Below, piece by piece: positions 37,954 to 51,637 of a stretch of 64,000 nucleotides of DNA (positions are counted from its first letter, which is position 1; each line of letters opens with the position of its first letter). Made by a program: the position numbers and the translations under genes. The notes under the pieces were generated by a model, which saw nothing but the letters and a program-made list of their open reading frames with translations, was not told the origin of the DNA and made no database searches. The DNA lies in NCBI GenBank assembly GCA_000708835.1, contig DF237239.1, forward strand, positions 47,446-111,445, written 5' to 3'. Origin of the DNA: Klebsormidium nitens. Taxonomy: Eukaryota; Plantae; Klebsormidiophyceae.

Positions 37954-40900
37954 CTATGGCGCTTTGGCCGCTTTGAGGCTCCTCGCGCTAATAGCGACCC
38001 CGGGCACATTCTCCGAGCTGCGAGTGGTGCTCAGCGGCGTGTGGCCCGCGGACCCAGTGGCCAGCCTCCCGCTTCCGTCTTTGGGTGTCCCCCCGGCGCG
38101 GCCTGCGAGCGGCGACTTGACACTCACGGCCGCGGCTTTGGCACTCTGCGGGGGTTCGCGGGCGGATCTGCAGCCCGAGACGAGTATTTGTAGCGGGGCG
38201 GGGCATACTGGCTAGAATGAAACATCTCAGGGCTGCCAAAAACGAACGAGTTTGACTGCCCAACAGGTGCACTGCACTCCACGTCGCCCACGAAACGCTC
38301 CACACAAGGATGTTCGCGCAGGGGGAAGGGACATGCTTGCAACTCGCAAGGTCTCTAGTCTGGTTACCAACGAGCAGAAGGCGAGCATTACAGAACTGAC
38401 AAGCAAAACGCGTGGATCGACTCGTAAGCAGGCAAATACCTCATGAGAACTATTTGGACTGACTTAGAAAGTGCTCGGCAGATCGAACGCTCACCCCGTG
38501 TCGCCGTTGTGGGTGAAGCCCAGCGGGGTGGACAGTCCGGAAAGGCCGGCCCGGCTCAGGCTGGCGGTCAGCGTCGCGTGGCGCTGCTGAAGCGCGTGAA
38601 CCTATAGCATATTGGCCAGAAAAACACTGAATACTCGTGGCGGCGCGAAAAAGATATAAAATCAGTCTCACGTCCATTGGATCTCAGGGATAGCATCAGG
38701 TTTGGTGTGTTAGTCATCCCTTGCGCAATACAGGGGAGGAATATTTCGATGTACTGACGGTGCAGCAGCTTCATTTGCGAGTGCAGATGAGTGCACGTCG
38801 CTTCTTGGTAATCGATTGGTAGCGTCGACGCTTCTTGTAGATGGCCGTTGTAAATCGGGAAAAAGTTAAGCTAACAAGTGACATCTCAATCTGCCCGCGC
38901 GCGCCCACCTTTTCTGTGAGCGACTCCGCGAGCTCTTTCTGCGCGGCCACGTCGCTCAGCAGCTCCGGCTGCGTGATGAGCCCGCTGGCCAGCTTCAGGT
39001 TCTTGGTCTCTGTCATCGCCGCGTCGCGCGCGCGCTTCGCGCGCTGCAGCCGGTCCCGCCGCTCCGCCACCTCCCGCTCCAAGCTCTCCAGCAGCAAGCC
39101 CTCCGCCTGCGCGGTTGAGAGAGCTTTTCGTGACAGACCGAAATCAAAGCAACGGTGGCTTTATCCACCAGCGTGCCGGTAAGGCTGTCTTGCCTTCTGA
39201 CGGCATAATCTAGCCTGTTTCCTCGTCAAGGGCGCCTCCATTTTGTACACGGACTGTCTCTCCGCTATCTGCATTCATACTCGAAGCGTCATCTTTTGAA
39301 CCCCGTCCTTCCATCGTGCGGAGGCTTTTCAGCTATTGTCGTTGCGAGAAAATGCTCTCGATGTGCGGCCTCTTCCTGAGCACGGCCTGAGAGACCCAGG
39401 AATCTCAGTTTTCGCACTAATGCTAACAGTAATGCTACGCAAAGAGATTCATCCGCCGATCCAATCGAGATCCGGAAACTTTGTTCCGCCAGTCTACATG
39501 AAAAGAGACCTCCAACCACCAGCACTTCCGCGGTAGACAGTTGGCAGTAATCTTGGGTCCAAGAGCAAGTTAACAAAGATAAGATAGTGAGACGACAGGG
39601 GCGGCGGGCGGCACCTCGGCGTCGCGGTGGACGTGTTGCAGCTTCTCCTTCTGGTGCGTCAAAATGTGCACCGTCGTGCACACCTTCTTGCGCAGCTTCG
39701 CCAGCTCCTCGTCGCGCACCTTCACCTGCGCCCACCGCGCGGCGCCGCGCGTCACAAACGCGGACCAGATTCGCCGGCCAGACTAACGCTTCTATATTTC
39801 CGACTTCCAGAACGAACTTGCCAACACGCTAGAATGATATAGGAAGAAACGAAAGCACGTCGGGTTTCCCTCAACCCGGACTGAACGAGGAATCTGCGCA
39901 GCTTCTGAAGTTGGAATGATCTCTAACAATCAAAGCGTGTCGCTTGTGCCGCAGAAGCAAACGGCAACCCGCCGGCAGGGCTGGCGGATGTGTGAGGTGG
40001 CCCGCAAGATTAAGAGAAAACATAATCACCCCTCTTGAAACCGTTCTGTTTGACATCCGCACTCTGTTCGTGAGGACTGATTCTCCAACACAATCCATCT
40101 TCAGACTCGGTCCGGCCGCACCTTCTCTGAGAGCGACTGGTTCTCGATCTTGAGCTGCTCGAAGTCGACTTGGTGCAGGCCGTCCGCGAGCTCCTCTTTG
40201 CGCTTGAGCGCGCGCTCCAGCCCCGTCAGCGTGTTCTTCAGAATGATGCTCTTCAGCCGCACCGCCTCCACCTCCTCGTCCTTGGCGCGCCCCGTCGCGT
40301 CCAGCTGCGCGCGCAGACGGTGTTAAACATTGGTTTGAAACCCTAAAACCTTTCAACTCTTTATTTGACGAGATTCTACTTTCAAAGCTTTTTGAGTTAT
40401 GAAACGGGCGGTAAGCGTAAAAAAAGAATCGTGTGCTCCCAGATATGTCCAGATGAGTGAAACACAAGGAGACGTCGAAAACGTGTGGTGGACCGAGTTT
40501 CTGCGCACGTCTATGTGTCCTTACATCAAACAGGTTGCTGGCACTGGTTCGCATATTATAAAAGGAATCCTTCACAGATCAAGCGAGTGCCACCATCAAA
40601 GTACGGCCTTGCTCCAGGGCGTACCTGGCGCAGGTGTTTCGTGGGGATCCCCCGACCGGTGCGGCTGTTCTCTGCCTCGCGCGCGACCTCCATCTCGAGC
40701 TGCAGGTAGTTGCTGCGGATCTGCGCCGCGCTGTCCTGGCGCGCCTGCAGCTCGTCCTTGGCGCGCTCGATGGCGCCGTCGAAGTGTGCGCTCACGCGCC
40801 GCAGTTCCTCCGCGCCCCCCACCCACTGCTGCAAACTCTGCACGCCGGGAAGAAGGGGTAAACGCTTTCACTTTGTTGACCCGAAGAAAGTTGGTAATAG

Positions 40901-43154
40901 AAACGAGGACTCTAGGAGGCAACATGCAGAAACGCTCCGGAAAAGCTAATGAACACACACAGCTGCATTGTAAGTGGACAGACTAATCGCTGAGTGGACT
41001 GTGGCAGGGAGATTGTGTCGAGCGCAAACGTGTTGCGGTTACGTAGCACGAGCGCACTTTGACGACGCGGCAGCTGTTAGCCCCATGTCACCACCCAGCA
41101 TTGGCCAACGGAAAGAGTCCACGGAAATGCTGGCGTCCGGCACCTGAAACTCCAAAACCCAAAACCCTAAAATCCTAGTATCGGGCCCGCCAGACGGGAG
41201 GGCAGGTATTGGCCAGAGGTTGGTGGTTTACGAGAGCGGAGTCGTCAGTATCATGCTCCTGCCATGTCCAGACGAGGGTTGGTGATCGACGTTTCGTCCA
41301 ATTTCTTTTCGCGCTTCTGAGTATTGATGTATGTCGCACCACCCCACCGCAGGAAGTTTTAGCTCTAATATCAGACGCGGAATTAACATGCTCCAAGATA
41401 CGCTCACAACTTGCCGGACACAGTCGGGTGCAAGTCAGAAGAGGTACAAGCCGCCAAAGTGCTCTGGCTGTCGGCCGCTCACCGAGATATAGCGCATGTC
41501 GTCGTCCAGCAAGCCTCCTTCGTTGGAGAATTCGCCGGCCGCCCCCTTGGCCGCAATCAGCGCAGCGCACCGCTTCTGCAGCTGCTGGTTCTCTGCCACC
41601 AGCCGCGCGTGCTGCTCAGTTGCTTCCTGGGGATGACAAAAGTCAGCCTCTTCAACCGGTAATAAAGGAAGAGTTGCCACACTCACAATCGCCTTCCGCT
41701 AAGAAGAAAGACGAGAAGGCAAGGGCATGGTCTTGGATCGGAAAGCAGATCGTAATTTCAGATTCTGTGTGGGCACCAGGCTGCAACAAGCACATCACTT
41801 TGAGGAGTCTCCGAACTGACACTTGAATTGCTGCTTCCTTGCACCAAGTCACTGGTGATGTCCGCTACGGCGGACATATCTACACAGAATCTGAGCCTGA
41901 TACGTCTGGCACTCCCTTTGGATGCCAGAGATTCAAACACGCTCCCCCTCCTCTCGACCGCTGGGAACTTTAACAGGTCTGACAAACTAAGAGAGATCAG
42001 CTGTACACTTAAGAGGAAGCGTGTGTGGCATATTTCTGTCCTTACTTGCAGTTGGGCAGCTATGAGGTCCTCTTGCACGGGAGCTGCTTCCGGTTCCACC
42101 TCGGACACGTCTTCCGGAGGCGCAGGCGCTTGCGGCACCTGGAAGTCGTCATCGAATCCCTGCACAGAGTTCAAGCCTCCTTCACAACTAGTTGCAGAAT
42201 GAACTTCAACTGTGAAGAATGGGCAATTGCTGGACTTGCGCGCGGTGGGCAGCTGTAAAGTCAAAGAGGCACAACACTGCATCAAAGAGAGTGTTATACG
42301 GGGAAAAAAAAGGACAGGTTAGTGATGAGCCACTGATTCTTATCGTTTAAAAGCAGGCAGCCACGATCTATTGAACGCACCTCGATTTCCCCGTCCCCCT
42401 GGCCGGCTGTTTCCAGTACGTCCGCCGACATCAGCGCCGGTTCTGTAGCAGCCTCAGCATTTCCCAGCAACAAATTGAGCTCTTTAGCAACCGCACCAGG
42501 ATCAGCAGGCCCATCATTTGGAGCCGCTTCTTGACTTTGACGCGACGGTGAAGCCCGCTCGACAGAGGTTGACGCCCGCCCACTGGAACGCTTTCTTTCA
42601 GCCTCAGCTGATGCCCCCTCCAGCGGTGCTATTTGAGTGTCAGCCTTGCCAGCAACTGCTGGGCCTGCCCCATCTCCCTCAGGTAACCCCTCAATGTCTC
42701 CTTCTGCAGCCTCCGAGTCCGGTTGTATTACTTCCGTCCCTTCTGCTGCGCCAGTATCGTCTCTAGCTGGTCCATTACTGACTCCATTGCTCTCAACAGA
42801 AGGGTCTGCAGCTGCGTCAGCTTGGCCCCCCGCATTCGCAACCTGCGCCTCCAGAGCTTCGGGGCTGAGGGGGGCTTCTGCGGGCTCCTCAGCAGAACCC
42901 GTCACCACCTCATTGTCCTTTTCAGTACCAGCGGCTGGTCCTCTACTTGATCCTCTTGCTGATCCTGTCTCTCCTGCACCGCTCTCAACCGGTGCCGTCT
43001 GATCCGCATCATCAGTCCGCCCCTGAGAATGTGACCGTCTCTTAGCATTGCTCTCGCGTCTGTCTAGAATGGTGGACGTCGTGGCATCATTGCTCAACTC
43101 CTCTCCGGTCCCCGCTTGCTCTGCACCTTTCCCGTCCAGAGCCTCATCCGCCAT
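37954..43154 (-). CDS. CCDC96: Coiled-coil domain-containing protein 96 (CFAP184; DUF4201 family) with a long acidic low-complexity N-terminus, multi-exon
   Basis: Exons give AENSRTGRGIPTK (~40640-40680), DEEVEAVRLKSIILKNTLTGLERALKRKEELADGLHQVDFEQLKIENQSLSEK (40125-40285) and RDEELAKLRKKVCTTVHILTHQKEKLQHV (39630-39715), the hallmark CCDC96/CCDC113 motifs. ATG at 43154 (MADEALDG). Splicing at 38492|38167 extends the frame to TAG at 37954; unspliced read-through stops at 38491. Confidence 0.85.
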
Positions 43155-44321
43155 GCCCCACAACGTCTATGTGAGCTCCTCCTGTCTGAGCTAGCCTGCC
43201 ACCTTATATTGTGGCCTAAGTGCGAGTCCCTGTTCGAGCTGTCAGCGAGCTCTACGCTGACAACAGGCTCTCCCCGTTCCAGAATCAGCTTCTGAGGCTC
43301 GTTCCAGTGATTCTGGCCAGCTACACCGTCTCCCTGAAAGCCCGTTACATTGTTAACATGAAAGGAAAAAGAGAAGGACCTACCAGTCACGTTCCTTCTA
43401 CGTTAGAGTACTGCTCAAGGCTACGGTGAGGCACAGCAGGTATCCTGATATCAGTAATGGCGCTTGGAGCTGAACTTTGAATACCGATAGCTGAGGCTTT
43501 CAAATAGCCCTAGAAAGCAGATTGCAATACCTATGTATTTTAGCCTCAGCCTATTTCAAGGAATACAGGTTTTCAGGCTGCGATTAGCCGGCTGATCACG
43601 TTCGTATACGGTACATAATATGTAGTACCATATTGTCGATTAATGTTACATAACGCGTAAGCTACGTCAGGACGTACAGCGCCAACCGTTTTCTAACATG
43701 CATGATGACAGAGGATGGTGGCCGCCGGGGCTCCATATATTCGCTCTTCAACCGTTCTGAAACTGCGCAATCTGGTAAGTTCACCCTAATTGCGCCTCGG
43801 CATCGAAACTGACCTGTTGACGGAAGCTGAAGTCGGCCGGGAACTTCACACCCGTCGACGCAAGGCGATTGTCCCACTGAGGATCGAGTACCAAGCTGGG
43901 GTTTGGAATACTTACAAGTACGACCTATGTATGTAGAAGCAAGCCCTACAATGACATACAAGAATAGACCGGTGAGATGAATACGTATCTAGGTATCTTA
44001 CCTATTAAAGTAAAATTCTTCGACTCTTGATCGTTCTATGAACTGCATTCAAACTTTTAAAGGAGCTTTTGATGGTTCGAGTCCCGTCGCATCCAGTGAA
44101 TTGAGGTGCATTGGCCGTACGTGGGCACTGCATTGACACCAACTATCCAGCTCTTGCGGCACAAGTTTGCATTAGGGTCCACCTCCGGCAAGCTACTACA
44201 TTGTGCTCTCGAATAGAATGACAAGCTAGAAAAGTACAGTATCTAGTTCAACCATGAGCACCGTCATGTAGGCGGTGTTTGTTGAAAGGCTGTTTCTCCG
44301 TGGCCTCTCCTTCCCCAAACA
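43155..44321. promoter_or_regulatory. Putative bidirectional promoter region between CCDC96 and CEP131
   Basis: Head-to-head start codons ~1.17 kb apart with an AT-richer core at 43500-44100. No specific cis-element was identified. Confidence 0.45.
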
Positions 44322-47300
44322 ATGGACAGCGTACTCGAAGAAGAGGACTCTAGCGCCCCCGTCCCGCGCCTGCGGAAATGGCCCAGGCTGAAGCCCATCC
44401 ACAAGAGCTCAATGCTGTCTCAACCCAATCAGCAAGGCCACAGCATTGGGGTGAATCCAAGGGCAGCTGTACGGGGATCTTTTCAGGAGGGAGGACGTGA
44501 ACGGGCTGACACAGTGGGTCTAGAAGAAGCAAGGTTAGAAGCACAACGGGACTCGGGCTTGGAGTCTGGGAAGGAGGTTGAAGAACGAGAGCTGGAGCAC
44601 AAAGTAGCAAGCGATGGGGCAGCTGCTTTGCTGAGGCACTCTGGAGTTGATTCAGTGGAAAGGACCATGTTAAAAAATGGTGTGCAGGCAACCGAAAACG
44701 AGCATATTGGTAGGATCAACAAAGAAGGGGACAGTGGCAAGTTGGCCACACGAAAAGATCCTGACAGCGATGCAATTGAGCAGCCAGCTGCTGAACTTCA
44801 GGGGCCGCCTTTGACCAGAGGTGCCCAATACAAGGAGCCGCTTTGTGACCATCCAAGTGCACGAGAGAGGGACGAGTCAGAGTCGGCCACACCCAGCTTG
44901 AAAGCATCAGCCAAGAGAAAGAAGGTCGCCGTACCGTCTCAGGGGTCCTCGCTCCGAAGCTCTGTGGCTAGCGTACACAGACAGCCCCAGGAGCGGAGCA
45001 CGGGACGAGTCAGCGAGTCCTTGACGGACGTTGCTCGAATACTAAACGAGAAGCACGGGAGGGAGAATGCGCCAAACACACCGCTGCTGAAGCAACGTCC
45101 CAGCTCTGCTCGGAGCAGCTTGCGGGGTCCGCCAGTGGAGCGGGGAGGGCCCTTGCGGAAGTCGGTTCTCACGCCCAGGTCCATCTCCGGCGAGAACGGC
45201 ACAAAAAATACGGCCCAGAAGGTCGACCAAGGGGCCAGAGAAGCAGCTCTTGTAAGGAAAATGGGGAACCCGTCGTCAGATAGTGTGCCATTATCAGCAA
45301 CCAGGCCTTTGCTAAATCCGGCAAGTGAATCATCTGAACGAGGAGAAGAGCAGCCAATACGAAATAGTGACCCAGGTTGTCAGGCAATCTCATCTGAGGA
45401 GCAGAAAGCGGAGGCAGAAGGGGCATGGGGGGAAAGTATGACAGGCACCGGGTTGGAGGCCTCAGAAACAAAGGACGAGTCAGAGAGAGGTGGCATTGGC
45501 CTGGACATGGACGCAGTAGGGACTTTGACAGCAGGGGGCATCGACGAGGAGGGGGCTCAACCAGAAGATGTAAAGAAGGTGGAGACAACACTTGAAAGTT
45601 TTGGGGAAAGGCCGAGCAGCGCTTTAGACATTTCCCAGGGTGCGGAAGCTGCCACCTCGTCACTTGCCCAGCCATCTGAATTTTCTGGATTCGATAGGAG
45701 TTCGAACGTGCTGTTGGAGAAGCAATGTCCACCAACCAACTCTAAGCAGCCAATAGATGCTTCGGCCTTAGAAAGAAAAGGTACTTCGGCTAGTTCGATG
45801 GCAACCCTTGGCCAGCCCGATCTGCCGGACAGCAAAGCTCTTCTGCAGCCCGCTCGCACGTCGCTGTCCGCTCAGAAGCTGTCGAGCATCTTGAAGTACC
45901 TGGAAGAGGTCAATGCCAGCCAGCAGCAATACCCTTCCGAGTCAGAAGACATGGCGTCGTCAAGCGCAGAACTTCTCCGGCCAACAAGGATCCAAGTGGC
46001 CCGCGTTAGGCACAGACTGTCGTCTACTTTTGAAGACGGCGAGTCTGAGGCCGGGTATCCGCTCGACTCAATGAGCACGGCGTCTCTGGAAGCGGCCTCC
46101 AGGATGCGCGGGCTTGAGGGGCCGTCCGGCACTGCTTCCGAAGCGAGCTTCCTACTCGAGAAGACTCCGAGACGTGCGAACACGGCCCGCAGCCGGCCCC
46201 CAGAAACCGGGGGAACCGGAACCGGAACGAGCAGCCCTGTGTCCAGAAGCGGCCAGGGGCCTGCTTTGGTGGCGAGCGTGTACCAGGTCAGTGCCCAGCT
46301 TTACTGTACCATACTTCAGTTTCGTTGGGGGCTAGAGTTTGCCTACTAGGTTGTGCCGTGCTGAGTTTCGTAGGTGTCTGATCGACTTGCACATTCTGTT
46401 GAAAATTCCGACATTATGAAAAGCAAAAGGCTTTTGCTTCACTTTGGGGTTTGTGACTTCGTATCTAAGCCTGTGCTGTGACCGGATACGTTTTATAATC
46501 TGTAATTGCATCCTTTTGGCAACACGCGATCAAGCGCAATGCCACGTGTCTCAGGGTGTGAAGGCGAAGCTGCGTGCACTCAAGGGCGAGATAGCGCTGC
46601 GAGACGAGGCGATTGCAGCCCTGCGGGAGGAGGTGCGGGCGGCGCAGGAAAAGCACACGGCAGAGCTGAAAGAGTGAGCATTCAATGACGAAGCAATGCT
46701 ACCAGGCTCATTTTGAAAAGCCGATGTCATTGTTGCCTAGAAATAGCTTGAGGATCGTTGAGGTACCTGAGGAACCCATCTGCCTCGCGCAAACGGTTGC
46801 TTCATCTCCAATCTAGTCGAACGGGAGAGGCAATCTCGTCTCTCTTGAGATTACGGGCTGCCTCCAGTCCGCTGCAGCAGTTGTCCCATGTCGAAGAAAA
46901 CCGATTGAGCAAGAGCCCTTGGGCTCCTCTGACTTGATACTGCAACTATATACTCAGAACTCCCTCCAGATCTAACTACCTTTGACGCCCCTTGAGTGCA
47001 GGCTGGAGTCTCGTCATGCTGCGTCATGCCAGCGTCAGCAGGCGGAGTACGAGGCTGCGCTGGCGCGCCACCTGGCGTTCGTTGACAAGCTGCTGGGCGA
47101 CAAGGACAAGCTGGCCGCCAAGTGCACGCAGATGGCGGCGGACGTCAAAGCCGCAGAAATCAAGGTGAGCAGGGCGGCAGCGGTGAGGGGCCGTACCATG
47201 TGATTGGGCAATGACCCAGAGTCAGGTAAGTGTTGAAACTCAAGGTTGTTTTTGCATTACCTTTGCCGAGCCATTTCGGCTAGCCCGGCAAAGCTCAAGC

Positions 47301-50300
47301 GGAAAAACCCGAAGCAAACGAGCTTTCAGAGAGTAGATTAATACCTTGAGGAAGCTGATAGTTTAGAATCTATTGTTTTAAGCAGAGTTTGGAAAGCTTG
47401 AAGTGGCTGCCTTTTAACCTTGTGGATATGTAGCCACGCCTGCAGACGGAATCTTACACCATTGAGTCTAAGCAAAGCTAAACCCAGTCTTGGACGTGTG
47501 TCCAACACTCACGTCGTGCGTGTGCAGTTCGAGGAGCGGGTGCGGGGCGTGCAGGAGCAGAGCGCGCGCGAGCTGAAGAAGGCGCGCGAGCAGTGGGCGG
47601 CCGCGGAGAAGGTGAAGCGCGAGCAGTGGATGGCCGCCAAAGTGCACGAGGTCAAGGCCATGACCGTCAAGGGGCTGGAGCCGCAACTGCAGCGACTTAT
47701 CGAGGTGAGACAACGGTGCGCTATTTTTTGACCGCTTAGCACCAGATGCAGAGGACATATGAGGAGACTTAGGACTGCAAATCACACAAGAAGCACTTTT
47801 CAAGCAGGCCAAACGTCGGTTCTTCACTTCTCCTGACCCGCTCCTGTCGCTTCAGCTTGGGTGCTCACGTCAATGCCATCTCGTTCCTCATCTGCGTCAC
47901 CTGGACATCAACTCGTGCTCGCTTTTACGTTCGTAGTAGCTTCTCACCTGCTGTCGTCTTCTTGTCCAATTCAGAAGCACAAGTCGGACGTCCAGCGGCT
48001 GGAGGCGCGCCACGTGGCAGAGCTCCGAGCGCAGGCGGACAAAGTGACGGCGGGTCACGAGCAGGAACAACGGCATCAAAGGGAACGCCTACTCAAGGTG
48101 GGCCGCGTGAAGGGCCCATATGTCCCATGCTCCTCACTTTAACTGCAAATTGATATTCAAACGCCCAAGAAGGCCTCCCCAACGTTGGTCATCTATGCTC
48201 CTGCGTTTCTTATACGTCATCTTTGCGTATGACTCCCTTCGTGTTTTTGATAGACAAGCAGGAGGTTCTGGTCACAGTGGGTTAAATTAAGCAGTTCCGG
48301 GTGGTCACACCTCCTGAAATTTGTGCGCCGTTCGTTTGATCAGGAGAAGGACGAGGCGATCGAGCAAGAGCGGAACAGCGCCCAGACCAGGCTGCGGGAA
48401 CAGTCGGAAAGGTGACCCAGCGAACGCACATTTTCTGTTAATTCAAGAAAGCTCTGCGCAGTTGCCTCCGCACCTAGACGGCCGTACAGGTGTCTGAATA
48501 ATTACAGTGATTGATGAGTCATGACCCACAGACTCAGCAAAGATACGCCCCCTGACCGCAGCAAGAAATTGAAAACGTGAGAAGTTCGAGCATCGCCGGT
48601 GACATTCTGGCCATCTCAAAATTGTCATCAGGCACGTTTCCTTGCAAACCAAAAACCAGCAAACACCCTCTTCGATCGCTGTCACCGGAAGAGAAGTCTC
48701 GCCCGGCACCTCAGCGCGCGCGTGTTTGTGGCGTGCAGGTACGAGCAGCAGCTACTGCTCGCGCGCATGCGCGTCGGCGCCGACATGGCCGTCCAAATCG
48801 AGCGCGCCGAGGCCGCGCGGCGCGACGACAAGAAGCGCCACGAGGAGCTGCTAAACCTCAAAACCCTGGAGGCGCAGGAACGCGAGGCCGCGCTGCGCCA
48901 GGAGATGGCGCGCGCGGTGCAGTCTGCGGCGGCGGAGGGCCGCGCGGCCGCGGAGAAGGCGGCCGCGCAGGTCGCGCAGGAGAGGAAAGAGTGGGAGGCG
49001 GCGCTGCAGGAGAGAGTGCGCGAGGAGTGCGCGCGGCGCGAGGCGGAACTGCGGCGGCGGAGCGACGAGCAGATGCGCGACGAGCTGAAGGTGGTGATGG
49101 CAAGGCTGGCGGCTGAGAAAGAGGAAGAATTAGAAAAGCGGGTCAGCGCAGAGGTAGAGCGGGCGAGGCAGGCGGAGAAGAGCGCGGAGGAGGCGCGCAA
49201 AGGGAGGGACGACCTGGAGACGCGGCTCGAGAAGCGGATTCAAAGTGCAGTGCAGGTAGGAGCGCACGGTTCACCCTGTAGAAAACAGACAGTATGTATG
49301 ACCTAATCACGCCTTAATGCTGATGTCGTTGGATGAGTTCGCATATCTTTGATTGAATCTTTCGCAGACAATTTGGTCCATCTCCATCTGCTAAACTTAC
49401 GCAGTCCCCACATTGAAAGATCAAAGCGAGTGACGTTCTCAAACTGCCTCCCCAGACCTACCATTTCTATCCTCTCGCCATTCGGGCCATTGAAGATATC
49501 ACTGTATTCGACCGAGGCATGAGCATTTACTGAAAGTTCGACCAAAAGAGTGGCATTGGAGAGCATGGGGTGATATTGATCACAGCCCGCCTGCTTCTCA
49601 GCCGCGTTATCTGTGTGATGCTAGGCAAAGGCGGACGCGCTGCAAGCTTTGGTGGCGTGCCAAGAGCAGCGCGAGAGCCTCGCGCAGCGGTGCGACATGG
49701 AGGGGCGCGAGATCCACAGCATGAGGAAGCAGGTGAGCCACAAGGGGGGGGAGATTTGAAAGGTAATATAAGCGGAGTCTTTTCTGAGAATGCCTACGAA
49801 ATGACCTGTTCAGGGCAGACCGCTATGAAAGCGCAAGACTCAGATTGTGTGGACGAGCACGAATATCAGGAACCTTGCTTGACGAGAAACGACGCAATAT
49901 CACAAGTCCAGAACGTAGAGAGGTGGGGCAGGCTTCGTTGATTACGCAATCAGAAGGCTTTTGCCTACGTTGAGAAGAATCGCAGATAGCTATCAGCTGT
50001 AGAGACGGATAGCAACGAGAAGGCCGATAAACAAGGCGGTTGGCAAATCGGCGCTCAGCGTGCCCCGCAGGTGGAGGCTCTGACGCAGAAGCTGGAGAGC
50101 AGCGACGCAGAGCTCCGCTCGCGGGTAGCGGAACGGACGGAACAGTTGCGGAAGCAGGTGGGAGAGGTGGAGAACCGTGAAGATCAGCTGAGACAGCAGC
50201 TGCGGGCCGCGGTCGCCGCGAGTGAGGCGGTTAAAGCCAAACAGGTGAGGCGGGCCGGCCAGGAGGGACGTCGCGGATGAAACTGTAGGTCCTTCAAATT

Positions 50301-50753
50301 ATGCTGCCCTCAAGCTCAACCGCGCTACAAAGTAGGCAGAGCACATGGCGTCTAGTCGGAAAAGAAAGTCACGAGTCATTTTGGGAGTCAGTTTCGCTAT
50401 TAGCCTGGTTGAAATCTGTTCTCCAGATGTTCAGGTTTGTCAAAATGCAAAGAGCTGTGGTTTTTGACTGGCAATGGGCGAGTCCTGACCGCTACTCCGT
50501 CCACTGTCTCGTTCATTCCCACTGACACGCGTTCGTTTGTCGGGGGGAAACGGTCGTTTACCTTCCGCTGAGTCCTCTGCTGCGTCCTGCGCTGCAGGCG
50601 GAGGAGCTGTCCGCGGTGGAGGCGCAGGTGCGCGCGGCGATCGCGGCGCGCGACGCGACGGTGACGGCGCTGCAGCGGCAGCTGTACACCGCGCAGGAGC
50701 GCGTGCGCGACATGGAGCAGCAGCAGCACGACCTCCTGGAAAGCTCCATGTGA
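44322..50753 (+). CDS. CEP131: Centrosomal protein 131 (AZI1) homolog, multi-exon, long disordered N-terminus and coiled-coil C-terminus
   Basis: LSSILKYLEEV (~45878-45910), YEAALARHLAFVDKLLGDKDKLAAKC (47048-47125), AAEKVKREQWMAAKVHEVKAMTVKGLEPQLQRLIE|KHKSDVQRLEARHVAEL (47597-48025), RDELKVVMARL (~49077), and final exon ELSAVEAQVRAAIAARDATVTALQRQ ending TGA at 50753. These match CEP131 motifs as I recall them (YEATIQRHLAFIDQL, EKWISEKTKKIKEVTVRGLEPEIQKLI). Confidence 0.85.
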
Positions 50754-51637
50754 ACGCGCGTGCGGCCACGGAGTCGGACGTACACGCTTGCAAAACCAAT
50801 GTGTCGGTTCTGGCACAGACAGACCGCGAAAGCAGGCAGCTTACGGCAAGGATGAAGTATCTGTGAGGCCGGGTAACTCTTCTGTGCTATATCAAATTAG
50901 AGAGCGAAAAGTCGCTAAGTTCTTCACCGGGTCGGAATGGCAGCCACTTATCTTGCTACTGATTTAGGTGAGCCCGATAAAGGCTGCATTACATGTGCAT
51001 ATATCAGTCCTCAGGTTTAGCCGGTCCGTTTGAATGCGCGCATTTAAAGCTAGCAACGCACGAACCAAGCATGTTCACGACCGTCGGTGACGAGCCGGTA
51101 GTCACATACACACTTCGAAGTATATAGACCATGGCATGATGACTAGAAGGATGTAGACTGGTTCTCATGGAAGTAATCTTGACCGAAGATTCCATGTGGA
51201 TCTTATTCATGAAGATGCATGGTAAAGCCTATTTCCCTTGCATAATGAAATGCAGCGAGCCATGGCCAAATGATTCGATATTGTGCAGAATAACGGGCAG
51301 CTGCCGCATGCATAGAGGCAGGTGGGGGCCGGTTAAGTCGACTTCGCCTTCGCGGCGAGCTCATGAGCTCTTCCATCGAGAGCGAGCAGGGAGCCTTCCT
51401 CAGGTGACTTGGGTAAGTCCTCGAAGATGAAGATGCTCAGACATCCTGGCATTTCTAACATTGTTGTCCCCCCGCCCGCATTTTACAATTCATAAACGTG
51501 AGGGGGCTTTCCCGTGTCACTTATTGTGTCGAGGGGTTTTGAAGTAATCAGCTCGTTTGGCTTATCGGACGTCCAGTAGACTATCTTCTTGCCTCACACT
51601 ATTCTTAGATTCTCAAATAACTATGGATGCGATTCGC

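Noticed and set aside
37865-38215. 116-aa plus-strand ORF as a separate gene
   Set aside because: Better explained as the antisense of the CCDC96 terminal exon, which has an in-frame acceptor at 38167.
44074-44084. GGTTCGAGTCC, a tRNA B-box/T-loop-like motif
   Set aside because: The T stem does not pair properly and no cloverleaf or A-box could be built, so it is not called a tRNA.
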